From Halocafeteria seosinensis (Eukaryota), in the NCBI GenBank assembly GCA_001687465.1, contig LVLI01000249.1, positions 62,001 through 126,000 of the forward strand: 64,000 nucleotides of DNA. The letters run 5' to 3'. Below are positions 61,727 through 64,000 of this stretch, one piece after another. Position numbers and translations under genes: made by a program. Positions within the stretch are counted from its first letter, which is position 1. Each line of letters starts with the position of its first letter. Below the pieces are notes generated by a model that was not told the DNA's origin, did no database searches, and saw nothing but the letters and a program-made list of their open reading frames with translations.

Positions 61727-63783
61727 ATGGCAGCGGAAACTACAGCTAGTAACACTAGCAATGGCGGTCCTACCTCGCCCTCTGCAAAGCATGAAGAGGA
61801 CATGGGAAGACCTGTGCAGGTGAGGAAGTCTGCTTCAACATGCTCCTGAGGAAGCTGTTTTACCATGATTCTGCCTCATTTCAGATCATTTCCATCGATG
61901 AAAAGGGCACACAGTTCCATTTAAACAAGGAGATGCTCCAGGAAGTGGTCTCTCGAGTCCCCTCCGCGGATATGAAGGTGTCCTTGGTCTCTGTTGTAGG
62001 TGCCTTCCGGACTGGGAAGTCATTTCTATTGGACATTTTGCTACGATATCTCAAGTATTTCGATAGTCCCAAGCATCAGGACGAAGCGTACGAACGTCGT
62101 CCAAAGTGCGATGGCAAGTCGTCGTGGCTCTGGGGTGCTGATGGAGATGGGGAAGACACCGACAAGGAGAAACTGGAAGGTCTGACGGGACCTGATGGGC
62201 AAACTGATCCTCATGGGTTTTCATGGAGATCTGGACGACAGCGGTGCACTACGGTATGTAGTATATTTGTGTCGTGTTATTCAAACAGGTTTCTGGGATC
62301 TATCCTGATTGTATTTATGTGTTTAAAACAGGGAATTTGGATGTGGAGCAAGCCATTCGTTAGACGTCTTCCGGACGAAAATGGAACACCAGGTGAAGGT
62401 GAAGAAGTTGCTGTTATTCTGGTCGATACCCAGGGGATTTTCGATAGCGAGACGACGCAAATGCTGACTGCGTCCATCTTTGGTCTTTCAACGCTCATTA
62501 GCAGCAATCAAGTGTATAATGTTACCAATCGGATCCAAGAAGACAATCTCCAGCACTTGGCGCTGTTCTCCGAATATGGCCGCGTTGCGTTGAAGCGCAA
62601 CCCGCAGAACCAAGCCCACGAGGAAGATACTGAACACAAGGATGAACACAAAGCCAGGCCCTCGTTTAAGCCGTTTCAGACTCTTGAATTTCTGGTGAGA
62701 GATGCTGTCGTGAACGAATCCAATGTGGAGCGTGTGGATTTCAACGAACAAGAGAAAACGAACCAGGAATATCTTGAAGAGATCTTGTCAAAAACGGAGC
62801 ATAAGGACCTTAGAGATGTACGTGAACATATTCAGAATTCTTTTGATAGTATCACATGCTATCAAATTCCTCATCCCGGGTTGGAGCTGGTGGAGAATGC
62901 CTACGATGGCAACGTCTCTGTAATTCGACAGTTATTTAGGGCGTATGTTGAGCGGTACGCTCACCGTTTGTTTAATCAAGAATTGGTGGCCAAAAGGGTC
63001 CATGGACGATGTATAGTCGCTGGAGAGCTGTATCGATTTCTCAAAGTATTCTGCAAAGTTTTTCAGGAAAAAAATGGGCTTCCACAAGCCCAGGTGCTCC
63101 TTGCTGCTACGTCAGAAGCGAATAGCCGGAATGCTGTAGAGCGAGGAGTGCGCTTGTATGAGAAGCATATGCGCGGATTGTTTGAATCCTTTAACAACAA
63201 GTACATTCCTCGAAAGAAACTCAACCAGAAACATGACGAATCTCTCAAAGATGCATTAAGGCTGTTTGATGAAATTGCTGACTTCGGACTAGACAGTGCC
63301 GTTGATAACTATCGACGAGCCTTGAAAGAAAAACTTAGCGAGCGCATTGACGAGCTACATGAAATTAATGAAAGCCGTAACGTGTGGAAAAACTCGGAAT
63401 ATTATTTAATAGCTTTAGCACTGGCAGGCGTGGCCTGGATCATTCGTATGTTTCTTGATTTGTCGTGTACACCATGGAGCGACGTGTGTCGGCAAAGTTC
63501 AGATTTCCTGGGATTTATACTGGGGGCCGTATTTCTTACAATCGTCATCGTAATGGTCGTAACGGGACATAGCCTATACTTCAAGGTAAAAAACTACCTT
63601 TCATTCTTGGGTGACGCGATCGAAATGGGCCTGAAGCAAGGCGATGATACCGGGACATCTCCCTCAACCAGTGGGCGCTCAACTGAACCGGGATCAGACG
63701 AGACATCAACCAATGACTCCTTGGAATCGTCCCACGGAACAGCACAACTGCGCCGGCGGGCAAACAATCGCAGAAGAGAATAA
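61727..63783 (+). CDS. Atlastin-like (GB1/RHD3-type) ER fusion GTPase, 3 exons
   Basis: ATG at 61727, then GRPVQ/II, VSVVGAFRTGKSFLL, GFSWRSG..RCTT/GIWMWS, LVDTQG and FLVRD, with two C-terminal transmembrane helices. Confidence 0.9.
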
Positions 63784-63809
63784 CCATATCGCATGAATAT
63801 CAATTGTAT

Positions 63810-64000
63810 TCAATCCTCCTCTCTTTGTTTTACTGGTGAAGCAATCAGCCCTGGTGGTCCACTATTTTCAACTTCAATCTCATTCCTATGGTTCTTCTCA
63901 AGGTTTGCATCTTCGCCTTCTTCATTATCCAAGGAGCGTAAAGCACTGTCGGATTCTCCATTATTTGAATAATGATTGTTAACATTGTTGTTACTTTTGT
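63810..64000 (-). CDS. Probable 3' end of a gene entering from the right edge
   Basis: Open hydrophilic frame ...NNGESDSALRSLDNEEGEDANLEK...KQREED* with its stop at 63810. No recognisable motif. Confidence 0.4.
   Translation of the reverse strand, partial: KSNNNVNNHYSNNGESDSALRSLDNEEGEDANLEKNHRNEIEVENSGPPGLIASPVKQREED

Overview
Gene-dense eukaryotic DNA from a protist, with short GT-AG introns (mostly about 55-100 nt) and the standard genetic code. A stramenopile or alveolate host is suggested by a MAP67-like mitochondrial Ffh M-domain gene, but the species cannot be fixed from the sequence. In order: a tandem pair of full-size ABCA transporters (about 7.66 kb unit, 3' ends homogenised), a Ser/Arg-rich tail-anchored protein, EXO1, a COMMD protein, an intronless NB-ARC-TPR (NLR-like) gene with N-terminal hydrophobic segments, a second Ser/Arg-rich membrane protein, a CK1/VRK-like kinase fused to a DUF3253-like domain, a GLUG-repeat plus Kelch surface protein with a decayed paralog fragment, BCD1, LEO1, the Ffh M-domain protein, RPAIN, SSU72, an HSF factor, a CDK10-like kinase, a WDR17-like protein and atlastin. 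The strongest non-coding signal is a short interspersed repeat present in four copies. The copies share a (GT)n 3' tail and are truncated at different 5' points. Three have exact 6-9 bp target-site duplications, and the consensus folds into an H-type pseudoknot plus a hairpin. Exon boundaries and family assignments were read by eye, with no database search.
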